Source: Bacteroidota bacterium
GTDB lineage: Bacteria; Bacteroidota; Bacteroidia; Chitinophagales; Saprospiraceae
NCBI GenBank assembly: GCA_039024375.1
Contig: JBCCQK010000001.1
Coordinates: 1 to 60,114 of the forward strand
Length of the DNA: 60,114 nt
Direction: 5' to 3'
Shown: positions 34,781 through 45,400 of the stretch, piece after piece
Numbering within the stretch: the stretch's first letter is position 1
How the letters are laid out: every line of letters begins with the position of its first letter
Notes under the pieces: model-generated
The model's input: the letters and a program-made list of their open reading frames with translations, nothing else
Told to the model about the DNA's origin: nothing
Databases searched by the model: none
Made by a program: the position numbers and the translations under genes

Positions 34781-37723
34781 TTATTCTGCTTCGAGCGCCT
34801 CGTATATCAAATCTTGAATGCGGGGTCGAAAATCTCCTACGTACAGTTTTCGATTACGCATTGTGGGATACGTTCGATTGGACAAAAATACGTAAATCAA
34901 ATTATTGTCGGGGTCGGCCCACGTGCAAGTTCCCGTAAAACCAAGATGTCCAAAGGTATTCTTGGAAGCCTTCGTCGAAAGGTTAGGATTTCGCTTTGGG
35001 TTCAATTCTAGCATATCGAATCCAATTCCCCGTCTAGTGGAATTTGGATGCCGTTGAGTAAATAGTTTAACCGTTTCGGGCGAAAAATATTGTTTCCCTC
35101 CGTAGTATCCACCATTGAGCAACATCTGCATAATCACGGCAATGTCGTTAGCATTAGCAAACAATCCTGCGTGACCACTCACGCCACCTAACATGGCTGC
35201 TCCCATATCGTGCACGTGTCCGTGAACCCGTTGCTGTCGCCAGTATTTGTCTTCTTCGGTGGGCAAAATTCGGCTTTTTGAGAATTTTTCTAATGGATTA
35301 TACGTGGCGGTAGTTAAGCCTAACGGTTGGTAAAACGTTTCCTGCACATACTTATCAATGGGTTTACCCGAGATTTGTTTAATAATTTGGGCAATCATGT
35401 AAAAACCCAAATCGCTGTAAACGTACCTCCCCTTAGGGCGAACTTCCGAATCGTAGATTTGGTTCCAAATTTCCGCTTCGTACGCTGTTTTCATATACAA
35501 ATTCGTAGCGACGGGCGTGTAATACCCATCGTTGGGTCCAAACTGGTAGTATTCGGGCATAGGGCGTTTGCGTTTATCGACGGTTGCTTCGAAGAACGGA
35601 ATCCACGATTTTAAGCCCGAAATATGCGCCATTACATCCTTTAAAATGAGGTCTTTTTTGTTCGTATTTTTTAGTTCGGGTAAATAGTCACTAATCGGTT
35701 TTTCTAAATCGAGTTTTCCTTCGTCCACCAATTTCATGACCGAAATCGTCGCTGCACAAATTTTGGTAACCGAGGCCATATCAAAAATATCGTCGGGCTT
35801 AACGGGCCGTCGTTTTTGATAGGTATGATGCCCAAAAGCCTTATGATAGATTACTTTTCCATCTTTGGCAATCAAAATGACGCCGCCCGGTGTAGCTGCC
35901 GTATCAATCGTATGTCGCATGAGTTCATCTACTTCGGCTAACTTCTCAGCATCAATGCCTACACTTTCGGGCGAACCGTAGCCCAAACGCACCAATGGTG
36001 AAGTAATAAGTCCTTGATTGAACTTACTTTTACTTGAAGCTGTCACGGACAATCTACCTTTTAAGGCGTTCACGCCGAAAAGCGCTTGAGCGGCTAAGTC
36101 TTGCGTCATCTCGTCTTCGTCGTAGGCTTGGAGGACGTGGTCAAATTCATCAAAATATTTCAGAGCGTAGGGGTTACCAAAAACCGTTACAATTACTTTA
36201 GTCTCTTGGCTCAATGCTTTCAGAAAAGTACGAGTACTACGAGAGATGCCAAAGTTTTTACGAGCGCTACTGCTCATTTTGTGCAGTCCAATAATAACAA
36301 CATCTTTCTGCTTCAATCGCTTGATGAGCGCAGGGAATTGAGTGGACGTAATTTCTTTACCCACCTGAAAATGGCTCATCTTGCCGAACTTAGCTAAACT
36401 TTTTTGGAAAGGCGTTTCTTTGGACACACCAATACTCAAAGACGCCATATTCTTTTTTTCTAATTGCTGAAACGGTACTAGATTGTCTTCATTCCGAACT
36501 AGAGTTAAGGCGTTTGCAATGAGTTCTCGCTTCAAAAGCTTTGCTTTCTCACTATTCAAATCGGGTCGAATATCCGTTAATTTGGCGGGCTGATATTGGT
36601 GTAAATCGTAGTTGTACTTGGCTATTAAAATCTTCTTAATCCGTTGATTCAAGTCTTCTATATCTAATTTCCCCGCTTGAATGTAATTGTTAATTTCCCT
36701 TACTGAAGCGTCAATATTATCAGGAACCAATAAAACGTCGGCACCCGCAACTAGGGCTTCGGCTTCGGGAACGCCGGGCTTAAAGTGCTTCGTGACGCCT
36801 TTCATTTCCATCCCGTCCGTGTAAACGAGACCGTTGAATCCCAACTGATTCTTGAGCAAATCAGTCACTACTTTTTTAGAAAGCGAGGTGGGCCGATTTT
36901 TAGCACTATCCAAAGCGGGAACGCTTAAATGAGCGACCATAAAACTTTGAATCCCTTGGTCAATTAATACCTTGAAAGGATATAATTCGACGCTGTCCAA
37001 ACGGTCTAAGCTATGTGGAATAATGGGTAAATCGTGGTGAGAATCTACGTCCGTGTCGCCGTGTCCGGGGAAATGTTTGGCACAAGCCATCACCTTTCCA
37101 TCTTGCAAGCCCTTCATGTACATATAGCTTTTCGTAGCTACGTTATAACGGTCTTCACCGAAAGAGCGGGTATTAATAACAGGATTCGCCGCATTATTAT
37201 TGACATCGGCCACGGGGGCGAAGTTAACGTGGATGCCAATGCGCCGACAGTCAGCGGCAATCTGTCGTCCCATCTCATAAATCAACCGATTGTCTTGAAT
37301 CGCCCCTAGCATCAACTGCCTAGGAAAACTCATCGTACTACTTTTCATCCGCATCCCTAGGCCCCACTCACCGTCAATACTCACCATCAATGGCACTTTA
37401 GAAAGGCTTTGGTACTCATTAATCAACTCGGCGTGCTTTTCGGGTGTCCCTTGAAAAAAGCAAAGCCCACCTACTTTGTATTTTTGAATTTGTCTTTTGA
37501 CGCTTTGAACATGGTCGGGGCCTAAATCCGAGTGCGCTCGAATCATAAAAAATTGCCCTAACCGCTCATCGGGAGATAGGCTTTGAAAAATGGAATCTAC
37601 CCATATTTGGGCATGCTCATCATCGACATTTCTGTCGTTTCGATTATTTTGGAGGTGTGGCCCATCGTTGGCACTAAGCAACAAAAAAAGTGGAGCTAAT
37701 AAGTAGAGTAGTCTTATTTTCAT
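34781..37723 (-). CDS. Fusion protein: GH3 beta-N-acetylhexosaminidase (NagZ-like) N-terminal domain plus serine beta-lactamase/PBP-like (AmpH-like) C-terminal domain
   Basis: KHFPGHGDTDVDSHHDLP (GH3). SxxK motif MASVTKICA and YSDLGF in the C-terminal half. Signal peptide present. Confidence 0.8.
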   Translation of the reverse strand: MKIRLLYLLAPLFLLLSANDGPHLQNNRNDRNVDDEHAQIWVDSIFQSLSPDERLGQFFMIRAHSDLGPDHVQSVKRQIQKYKVGGLCFFQGTPEKHAELINEYQSLSKVPLMVSIDGEWGLGMRMKSSTMSFPRQLMLGAIQDNRLIYEMGRQIAADCRRIGIHVNFAPVADVNNNAANPVINTRSFGEDRYNVATKSYMYMKGLQDGKVMACAKHFPGHGDTDVDSHHDLPIIPHSLDRLDSVELYPFKVLIDQGIQSFMVAHLSVPALDSAKNRPTSLSKKVVTDLLKNQLGFNGLVYTDGMEMKGVTKHFKPGVPEAEALVAGADVLLVPDNIDASVREINNYIQAGKLDIEDLNQRIKKILIAKYNYDLHQYQPAKLTDIRPDLNSEKAKLLKRELIANALTLVRNEDNLVPFQQLEKKNMASLSIGVSKETPFQKSLAKFGKMSHFQVGKEITSTQFPALIKRLKQKDVVIIGLHKMSSSARKNFGISRSTRTFLKALSQETKVIVTVFGNPYALKYFDEFDHVLQAYDEDEMTQDLAAQALFGVNALKGRLSVTASSKSKFNQGLITSPLVRLGYGSPESVGIDAEKLAEVDELMRHTIDTAATPGGVILIAKDGKVIYHKAFGHHTYQKRRPVKPDDIFDMASVTKICAATISVMKLVDEGKLDLEKPISDYLPELKNTNKKDLILKDVMAHISGLKSWIPFFEATVDKRKRPMPEYYQFGPNDGYYTPVATNLYMKTAYEAEIWNQIYDSEVRPKGRYVYSDLGFYMIAQIIKQISGKPIDKYVQETFYQPLGLTTATYNPLEKFSKSRILPTEEDKYWRQQRVHGHVHDMGAAMLGGVSGHAGLFANANDIAVIMQMLLNGGYYGGKQYFSPETVKLFTQRHPNSTRRGIGFDMLELNPKRNPNLSTKASKNTFGHLGFTGTCTWADPDNNLIYVFLSNRTYPTMRNRKLYVGDFRPRIQDLIYEALEAE

Positions 37724-37795
37724 AGGATGTGTACGTTTGTCTATTTCGGACAGGCATCGGTTGAGGAACTGTCCTTAAGTGAAATCTAAAATTTA

Positions 37796-38125
37796 AAATG
37801 TAAAACTCTAAATTTAAAAGTACTGAAAATCAGTAATTATCTACTAAAATTCGTTCGATTGTTTGATGGCTTGATTGTTTGATGGTTAAAGCTACTTAGA
37901 AACAATCAAACCATCTGACAATCAGACCATCATCAACTTTATTACTAGTCACAGATGGCTAATTTTCAAGCAATTGGGAATTTAGACACGCTCTTACAAT
38001 AAGGAACCGTGAAAATAATTTAGCATTTTCAAAAATTTCAACTTTCAGTTTACAGTACTTTTGAATTTTGGACCAGCCCGCACAGCAGTCTGGCGGGTTT
38101 GAAATTTAAAATTTTACATTTTTTT
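37796..38125. repeat. Nested palindromic intergenic element (~330 bp) with an inner palindrome at 37857-37937 (GATTGTTTGATGG x2 / inverted copies)
   Basis: Outer arms AAAATGTAAAACTCTAAATTTAAAAGTACTG / CAGTACTTTTGAATTTT...AAATTTAAAATTTTACATTTT. The right arm is interrupted by a CCCGC/GCGGG hairpin. Confidence 0.6.
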
Positions 38126-38406
38126 AAGGTACTCGGTAGGTATGTTTTCTTATAGTTTATCAACAATCAATCCATAATTAATCGCTTTGCTACATGAATG
38201 ATAAATGTTGAGTGTAACGAAATCTCGATTTTATATCGGGAATGGATGATGAATAATTTTAATTTGTAAGAAATTAATCTTCACTGTAAAGAATAGAGAG
38301 CAGGGATTAGAGACGAAAGTACAGAAAACTAATTTTTGTCGCTTGAATGAAATTCATAAGTCTCTCATCTCTCAATGAAATGGTCTCTATTCTCTACTCT
38401 GGCCAT

Positions 38407-39459
38407 CTAATCCTTATTCGCCAATTGCCCACAAGCCGCATCAATATCCTTTCCTCGACTGCGTCGTACCGTTACCATGATACCTCGATTGGTCAAATAC
38501 CTTGCAAAGTCATCAATTCTGTGAGCAGCGGCTTTTTCGAAAATAGCGCCGTCAATTGGATTGTATTCGATGATATTTATTCTTACGGGAAAATCTCGGC
38601 AGAGGTCGGCTAAATTGGCCGCATCTTCTAAACTATCGTTAAAATTTTGGAAAGCAATATATTCAAAACTTATGCGATTTTTAGTGTTTTCATTAAAATA
38701 TCTCAACGAATCCATCAAAATCGCCAAATTATTCTGTTCGTTGATGGGCATAATTTCGTTTCGCTTCAAATCGTCGGCAGCGTGTAAAGACAGGGCTAAG
38801 TTGAAACGAACGTCATCATCCGCCAATTTTTTTATCATTTTGGCAATACCCGCCGTGCTGACCGTGATGCGCTTGGGAGACATATTTAGACCTTCGGGCG
38901 AAGTAATGTGTTCTACACTTTTTAGCACATTTTTGTAGGCTAGCAACGGTTCGCCCATGCCCATGTAAACGATGTTGGTTAGTGGGTGGTCAAAGGTTGA
39001 TAACGCTTGTTGATTTACGAGGACCACTTGGTCATAAATCTCTCCTGGTTCCAAATTGCGCAGGCGCTTCATCTTACCCGTAGCGCAAAAAGTGCAACTC
39101 AAGCTACACCCCACTTGCGAGGACACGCAAACTGTAAATCGGCGCTCGGACGGGACAGGTATTAAAACAGACTCGATAAGGTGGCCGTCGTGCAGTTGAA
39201 AACGGGTTTTGATGGTGCCATCGTTGCTGCGTTGCACCTTATCCGTTTGAATGCCATTAATGACAAAATGTTCCGCCAGTTTTTCCCGAAGCGCTTTTGA
39301 CAAATTGGTCATTTCCGTAAAGGAATGGGCACCTTTTTGCCAAAGCCATTCGTACACTTGCTTTGCTCGGAATTTCTTTTCGCCTTCTGCCAAAAACCAG
39401 TCGAGCAAATCGGACTTGGTCAATTGGCGAATATCTATTTTTACCGTTTCCTTTGTCAT
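38407..39459 (-). CDS. rlmN: 23S rRNA/tRNA (adenine-C2)-methyltransferase RlmN (radical SAM)
   Basis: CVSSQVGCSLSCTFCATG (CxxxCxxC), GMGEPL, and a C-terminal ACGQL motif. Confidence 0.9.
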   Translation of the reverse strand: MTKETVKIDIRQLTKSDLLDWFLAEGEKKFRAKQVYEWLWQKGAHSFTEMTNLSKALREKLAEHFVINGIQTDKVQRSNDGTIKTRFQLHDGHLIESVLIPVPSERRFTVCVSSQVGCSLSCTFCATGKMKRLRNLEPGEIYDQVVLVNQQALSTFDHPLTNIVYMGMGEPLLAYKNVLKSVEHITSPEGLNMSPKRITVSTAGIAKMIKKLADDDVRFNLALSLHAADDLKRNEIMPINEQNNLAILMDSLRYFNENTKNRISFEYIAFQNFNDSLEDAANLADLCRDFPVRINIIEYNPIDGAIFEKAAAHRIDDFARYLTNRGIMVTVRRSRGKDIDAACGQLANKD

Positions 39460-39477
39460 TGTACAAAGATAGGAATT

Positions 39478-42400
39478 TTAATAATTCCTATTAACCACAA
39501 ACTTTCGACTAATCGCCCTTTTCCCTTCCACTTCTATCACTACATAATACAAGCCATTTTGTGTTTGCTGCATATCTATGTTCATAAAGGCTGTCTCAAT
39601 ATAAGGAGTTTGCTGTGAATGAATCCTCTTTCCAAAAGAGTTATAAATAGTAATTACGGCCGATTTTTCTAAAAAAGGTTTGACGTACAGTCGAAGTTGC
39701 CGACGAACAGGATTCGGAAAAAGATAAAATTCATTTTCGGCAAAAGCCCGTTCCACCACTACGGTATTCGAATAGACGAACGACGCATCCTCGTGCCGTT
39801 GTTTGACTCGATAATAGGTAACACCCGATAAGGGCGACGAGTCGGAAGACCGATAAAAAGTGGCCGTCAACGCTTCTGGAACCAATGAGATATTTTGTAG
39901 GGTCTCAAAATGAATATTGTCCGTCGAACGCTCAACCTCGTAGTCCAAAACGGATTGATTCGAACTGGCAATCCATTGTAAATCGACTTGCTGTTTTGGG
40001 TCAAGAAAAGCTGAGAAAACAAGTGATTGCTTGTCCGTTGAACTGCTACTGGAAACGATACGAATAGTGTAATCTTCGACTTCGCCAAACTCAAAAGTAC
40101 CACAGGTTTCGGGTGCATTGGTTTGACGCATAGCGACTCTCATTCGAGTGGTGCCAATGCCGGCATTTGCTGGAATAGTTATCTGTTCGGTGACAGATTG
40201 TGGATTGGTATTGGGCGTTTGCGCTTTGCTAACTCCCGAAAGCACTAATTCCGTTTCTACTTCAAACACGCCATTTTGATTAAAATCTATCCAAACGTTG
40301 ATGTGTTCATCCCACTGTGTCCAACTGAAAGCGGGTGAAACACTCAGTTGATAGGTTTGCCCTCGTTCGACCGTCGTTTCTTTATTGGTAAAGTCACCGT
40401 AGCCTTCTTTGCTGGAAATATGGTCAAGTGTATGAAATTGGACTCGACCAATCCATTCCTGCCACGGCGATTGCCCTTTTGCGTCGCAGTAGTTTTCTAT
40501 GGTCGCGGGGACATCATCGGGCGTTTCTTCCTGCTCAATGGGTGACGACACTTTAAAAGCCCGATTGATACTCTGTGCGGGTAGAAATTGCGCATTGCCC
40601 GCTTGTTGTGCGCTCACAACCACCGTACCTTCGGTGCCCGATAGCTTTAGCGTATTCCCATTTACTTCGGCGGGGCCTGACAATATTTGATAACTCACGG
40701 GTAAATTAGAGGTAGCCGTTGCGGCTAGCAAAACCGTTTGGGTCGTCGTCAACTGGTTGGCAATAGCGGGGAAGTTGATGCTTTGTGCCTGCTTTTCTAC
40801 TACTGATACCTCAGAATTACTATCAACAATGCTTATTAAATAATCCTCTACTTCCCCTTGATTGACGACTTCACAAGGGGTTGAAAATTCCATTCTTTGC
40901 ATGGCTACTCTCATTCTAGTCGTTCCAATTTTAGCCGTGTTAGGAATGAGAATAGTGGCACTTACTCCGTCGCTTGCCGTTGGCGGAACACCACTAAGGC
41001 TGACGGCACGCAGTACACTTTCAGTTTCTTCAAAACGACCGTTCTGGTTGAAATCAATCCAAACGGAGATGTGTTCATCCCACTGTGTCCAACTGAAATT
41101 GGGAATTACTTGTAATAGATAGCGTTCATTTTTAGCGTATTCCAAGTTGGTGTAGTCGTTGATTGTATAAACTGCTTTCGATGAAGTATGGTCGAGTTGT
41201 CCAAAATTGACCCGCCCAATCCATTCCTGCCAAGGGAACAAACTTTCCGTAGTACAATAATCGCTTGAAACTTCATTTACTTCTTCGACGGCTGGCGGCG
41301 TGGTAATTGGTTCGGAAACGGTAAAGGGACGGTCCACAAAGGGAGCGGGTAAATACTGACTATTTCCTCGCTGACTTGCTCGAACAATCACCTCTCCACT
41401 TTCGCCTGTAAGCGAAATAATATTATTAGAGATAGTCGCTGGTCCCGATAAAATGCTAAATTCCACGGGTAATCCAGAAGTGGCCGTCGCTGCAATGGCA
41501 AATGGACCGTCTGTTGTCAACTTATTCGCTAGAGAAGGAAAATTGATGAGCTGTTGCGTTGCAGGAACTACGGATTCAACGGTAAAACTACGGTCGTACG
41601 AAATCGCTCGCTTGAATTGGGCATTGCCCGCCTGACTCGCTCTAACTTTAACTGTTCCCGATTCGCCCGTAAGGGTAATCACATTTCCATCAACCGTGGC
41701 GGGGCCCGTGCGGATAGCAAAAGTCACGGGCAGACCAGAGGAAGCTGAGGCGGTGATGGCAAAAGGGCCATCCGTTGTTTTTTTATTGGGAATGGCGGGA
41801 AAAGTAATGGATTGCGATTGTTGCTCAATGGTTGGCGACTGAACGTCAAACGACCGTACAACATCTTTAGCGGGTTGGTATTCCTCATTACCCGTTTGTA
41901 TAGCCCTTACCGCTACCGTTCCCGGCTGACCAATTAACGTAATCACATTCCCATTCAAAACGGCAGGGCCACTTTCCAATAAAAATTGAACGGGTAAACC
42001 AGAAGTTGCCGTCGCCGCAATCGCAAAGGGCCCATCCGTGGTTAACTTATCTAACAGTTTGGGAAAATCAATCTGCTGTTCCTTCTCTGTTGGAACAATG
42101 GTAAATTGAACCTCCTTCGTCGCCGAGGCGTGATTAAACGGCTGATGATTACTATTTGCCAATTGCAGTTTCAAAGTGTGCGTACCTTCGGATAAATTTT
42201 TTAAAGTATAAACGCCATTCAACGTATGAATATCAATGGGGGCTTGATTGTCTAACGTTAGTAGCAAATGATTGGCCTCATAAAAATCCAAATCCCCCGA
42301 AAGGGTGTAGCGAACATCTAACCTATTTTGGGTGTAGCTGCTACCGTTGGCGGGACTATTTAAAATTACTTTTGGTAACCTAGGCGGCGGCGTGACTTCG

Positions 42401-45400
42401 AATCGACGCTCTACCGAATTAGCCGCTTCGAACCGTTCGTCTCCCAATTGGGTAGCCCGCAAAATAACCGTTCCCGCTTCTCCAGTCAACGTAATCGTGG
42501 TGCCCGAAATGGTAGCAGGGCCAGCAATAACGGCCAAATCAACTGGTAATCCTGAACTAGCACTAGCATTTACGGTGAAAGGCGCATCGGTAGTCATTTT
42601 ATCGGGAATCCCAAAAAAAGTAATCGCTTGGGGTTCTTTGCTTTTCCACGTAGACAGATGCTGTCCCGAAATAGGGCGGTCCAAACTTTTATCGGGCAAT
42701 TTCCAGCCTACCGAAAAATGTCCACCACCGTTCGCTAGGCCTTCGATGTAGTAATTGGTACCAGCGACCAGCAGAATAGGGTCAGACTGTTGACTTGCGT
42801 ATTTATTCCACTGGTTTGCTCGAGTGCTTTGCTTGACTAAGGCAATTTGTCGTTTATTTTTTGTCTGACCGTTCGTACTTAACCACAATTGGCTAGGTTC
42901 ATTACTAGCTATCCAGAAAGTATATAAACCCGTTTGTGGAGGGCAGATGAACCCACGAATCCTCTGAGTATTCTCGGAAGTAGTTAACGGACTGGCTTCA
43001 AAACGGTCCAATGTTGAAGTTTCATTAGGCTTTGTTTGAACGGGACCATTATCCGTTAAACTTTGCTGGCCATCCGTCCAAATATCTCTCGAAATTTTCC
43101 CGTCGGTAGCACAGTTCGCCGTGGAAGGTAGCACAAAGTTAAAACTACGTTCGATAGGGGTAGCGGGTCGATACGTACTATTTCCTCCTTGCGTTGCTCG
43201 AATTTTGACCCTTCCGGGGAAACCCGTCGAGACAATTTTATTGCCAAAAATAATGGCAGGCCCTTCCAATAAGTACATATTCACGGGCAGACCCGAAGTC
43301 GCCGTTGCGTTCAGTACCACCTCTCCCGTCGTAATCGGTTGGTCGGGAATTGGCGCACATTCAATGGTCTGCGCCAACCCACCACAATCGGGATAAATAT
43401 CTTTTTCGTAAACTGTAAACAAACCTTCGGGGTCCGTTACTTTTAGCGTTATTCGAAACCAGTAGGTCGAACCGTCGCACTCGACGGGCGAAAGGGAAGT
43501 AGTTGTGTTTGGTCGGCTATCAATCGGCTCGGCGTGTTCGTGGCCTTCGTGGAAAAGGCTCGTTTGCCATTCGTAACGCAATGAATTAGGGTGTTCCATA
43601 TCCCTTACCGTTGCGGATAAATTGAGGGTTGTTCCCGCAGCGGCCGAAAACCAATTTTGGTTATCAATACTAGTCGAAAGAATAACGGGCGGTGTGTTAT
43701 TTAACGAAATCGGAATGGTTTGCTCCGTTTGACCGCCTTGCGCATCTGTGACTTTTAACGTAACGGGATAGGTAGCGGGCGCATTTGAAGGAGCTTCGAA
43801 AATTACTTTAGGATTGATGTCCGTACTAGTCGCATTGTCCCCAAAATCCCACTCAAATTTTAGTGAACTGTATTCGGAGTCAAAAGATTGAGACGCATCA
43901 AATTGTACCGTTAGCGGACTAGTGCCGTAGGTTTGGTCAGCGTTAATAATGGCAACGGGGGGCTTATTTTGATTGCCTGTATAAGTGATTTTTCGAATTT
44001 GATTGGGGTAGCGCACGTAAAAAATGCCATTCTCCGCGGGAGAAACATTCATACAAACGACCGCTCCCGCATCCAATTTAAAGTCCTTGACAAAGGTTGG
44101 ATTATTCTGTTCGTCAAAACCAAAGTTTCTTATCCAGCCAGCACTGTAATCCGCATGAAAGTAGGTGTTTCGATAAGGTTCGGGAAAATCTTTCCCCGTG
44201 TACCAAACGCCCGCCGTAGAAGAGTTTCCTTGAAAAGGACGACCCTGAACAGCGCCATCTCCAATGACGGACATCTTACCGTTGATAAATGCCCTAGCTT
44301 GATTGGTCCCGTGTCGCCAATCAATTTTGGGCGGCGTATGTTCCGCTCTTCCCACATCGTATAATGGATTTTCGTAGCCCGCCTTTTGACTAATTCCTTC
44401 GTATATCGGCCAGCCAAAGTTTTGTCCAGGTGCATCGACTACGTTTAAGTCTTCCCAAGTGGACCAACCGACATCGCCAAAAATAAATGTTCCCGGTCGG
44501 CCGTCGGGAGCGTGGTGACTGCCCGATTCGGGTTTGATGGCCATGCGGTAAGGGTTGCGAATCCCAATGCTCCAAGTACGGGACTGGGGCGCTCGTGGAT
44601 TAGCTGAATCGTAATAAGGGTTGGAAGGTAAACCGTCGCCCGTTTCGGGGTCAATCCGCAGAATTTTACCACTCAAATTATTCAAGGACTGACAGCGATA
44701 GGCCCCGATATTTTGCTCGGGGGTAATAATGCCATCCGCTAATGCCTGTTGAAAATAGGTGGAAGGATGCGACCCTTCGTCGGCGGGGCTGGCGTAACTA
44801 GCTCCATCGCCAACGGTCACCATCAGAGTACCGTCGGTACCAAATAGAATTTGTCCCGCTCCGTGAGATTCGTGGAGAATCGGTGGTCCCGTCGATTTGC
44901 TTTCGCCAATTAGAATCTTTCTACTTCCATAGTCAATACTGGTAAAATTATCAGACGAGTTGGCAGTATATCGAGTAAGTCGAGCGATAGTCGCTTCCTT
45001 TTCGCTACTTACATCAGAGCGGTAATTATTAGTACCAAAGTTTAGCAAATGGTGTCGGTCCACGACGTACCATAAATAGAGGTGACCATTATTTAAAAAA
45101 TTGGGGTCTAAGGCAAAACCTACTAATCCGAAATCCCGCCAATTACCCACTTCTTCGCTGATGTCAATCAATGGCTCCGTACTTTTGATTCCTTTAGAAA
45201 CAGTCCAAACTTTTCCTCCTTTTTCCCAAACGTACATTCGTCCATTCTCGTCGAAAGTGACCCCAACGGCTTGATTCCAACCGTCAACAACCAATTCATC
45301 GGTAAATCCGTTGGGTTGCGCACAGATAGAAGAGAAACTTACGCACAGTAAAGCGAGTAGCCATAGCAAAGGGGGGCATTTTTTTTCGAAACCGAAAAAA

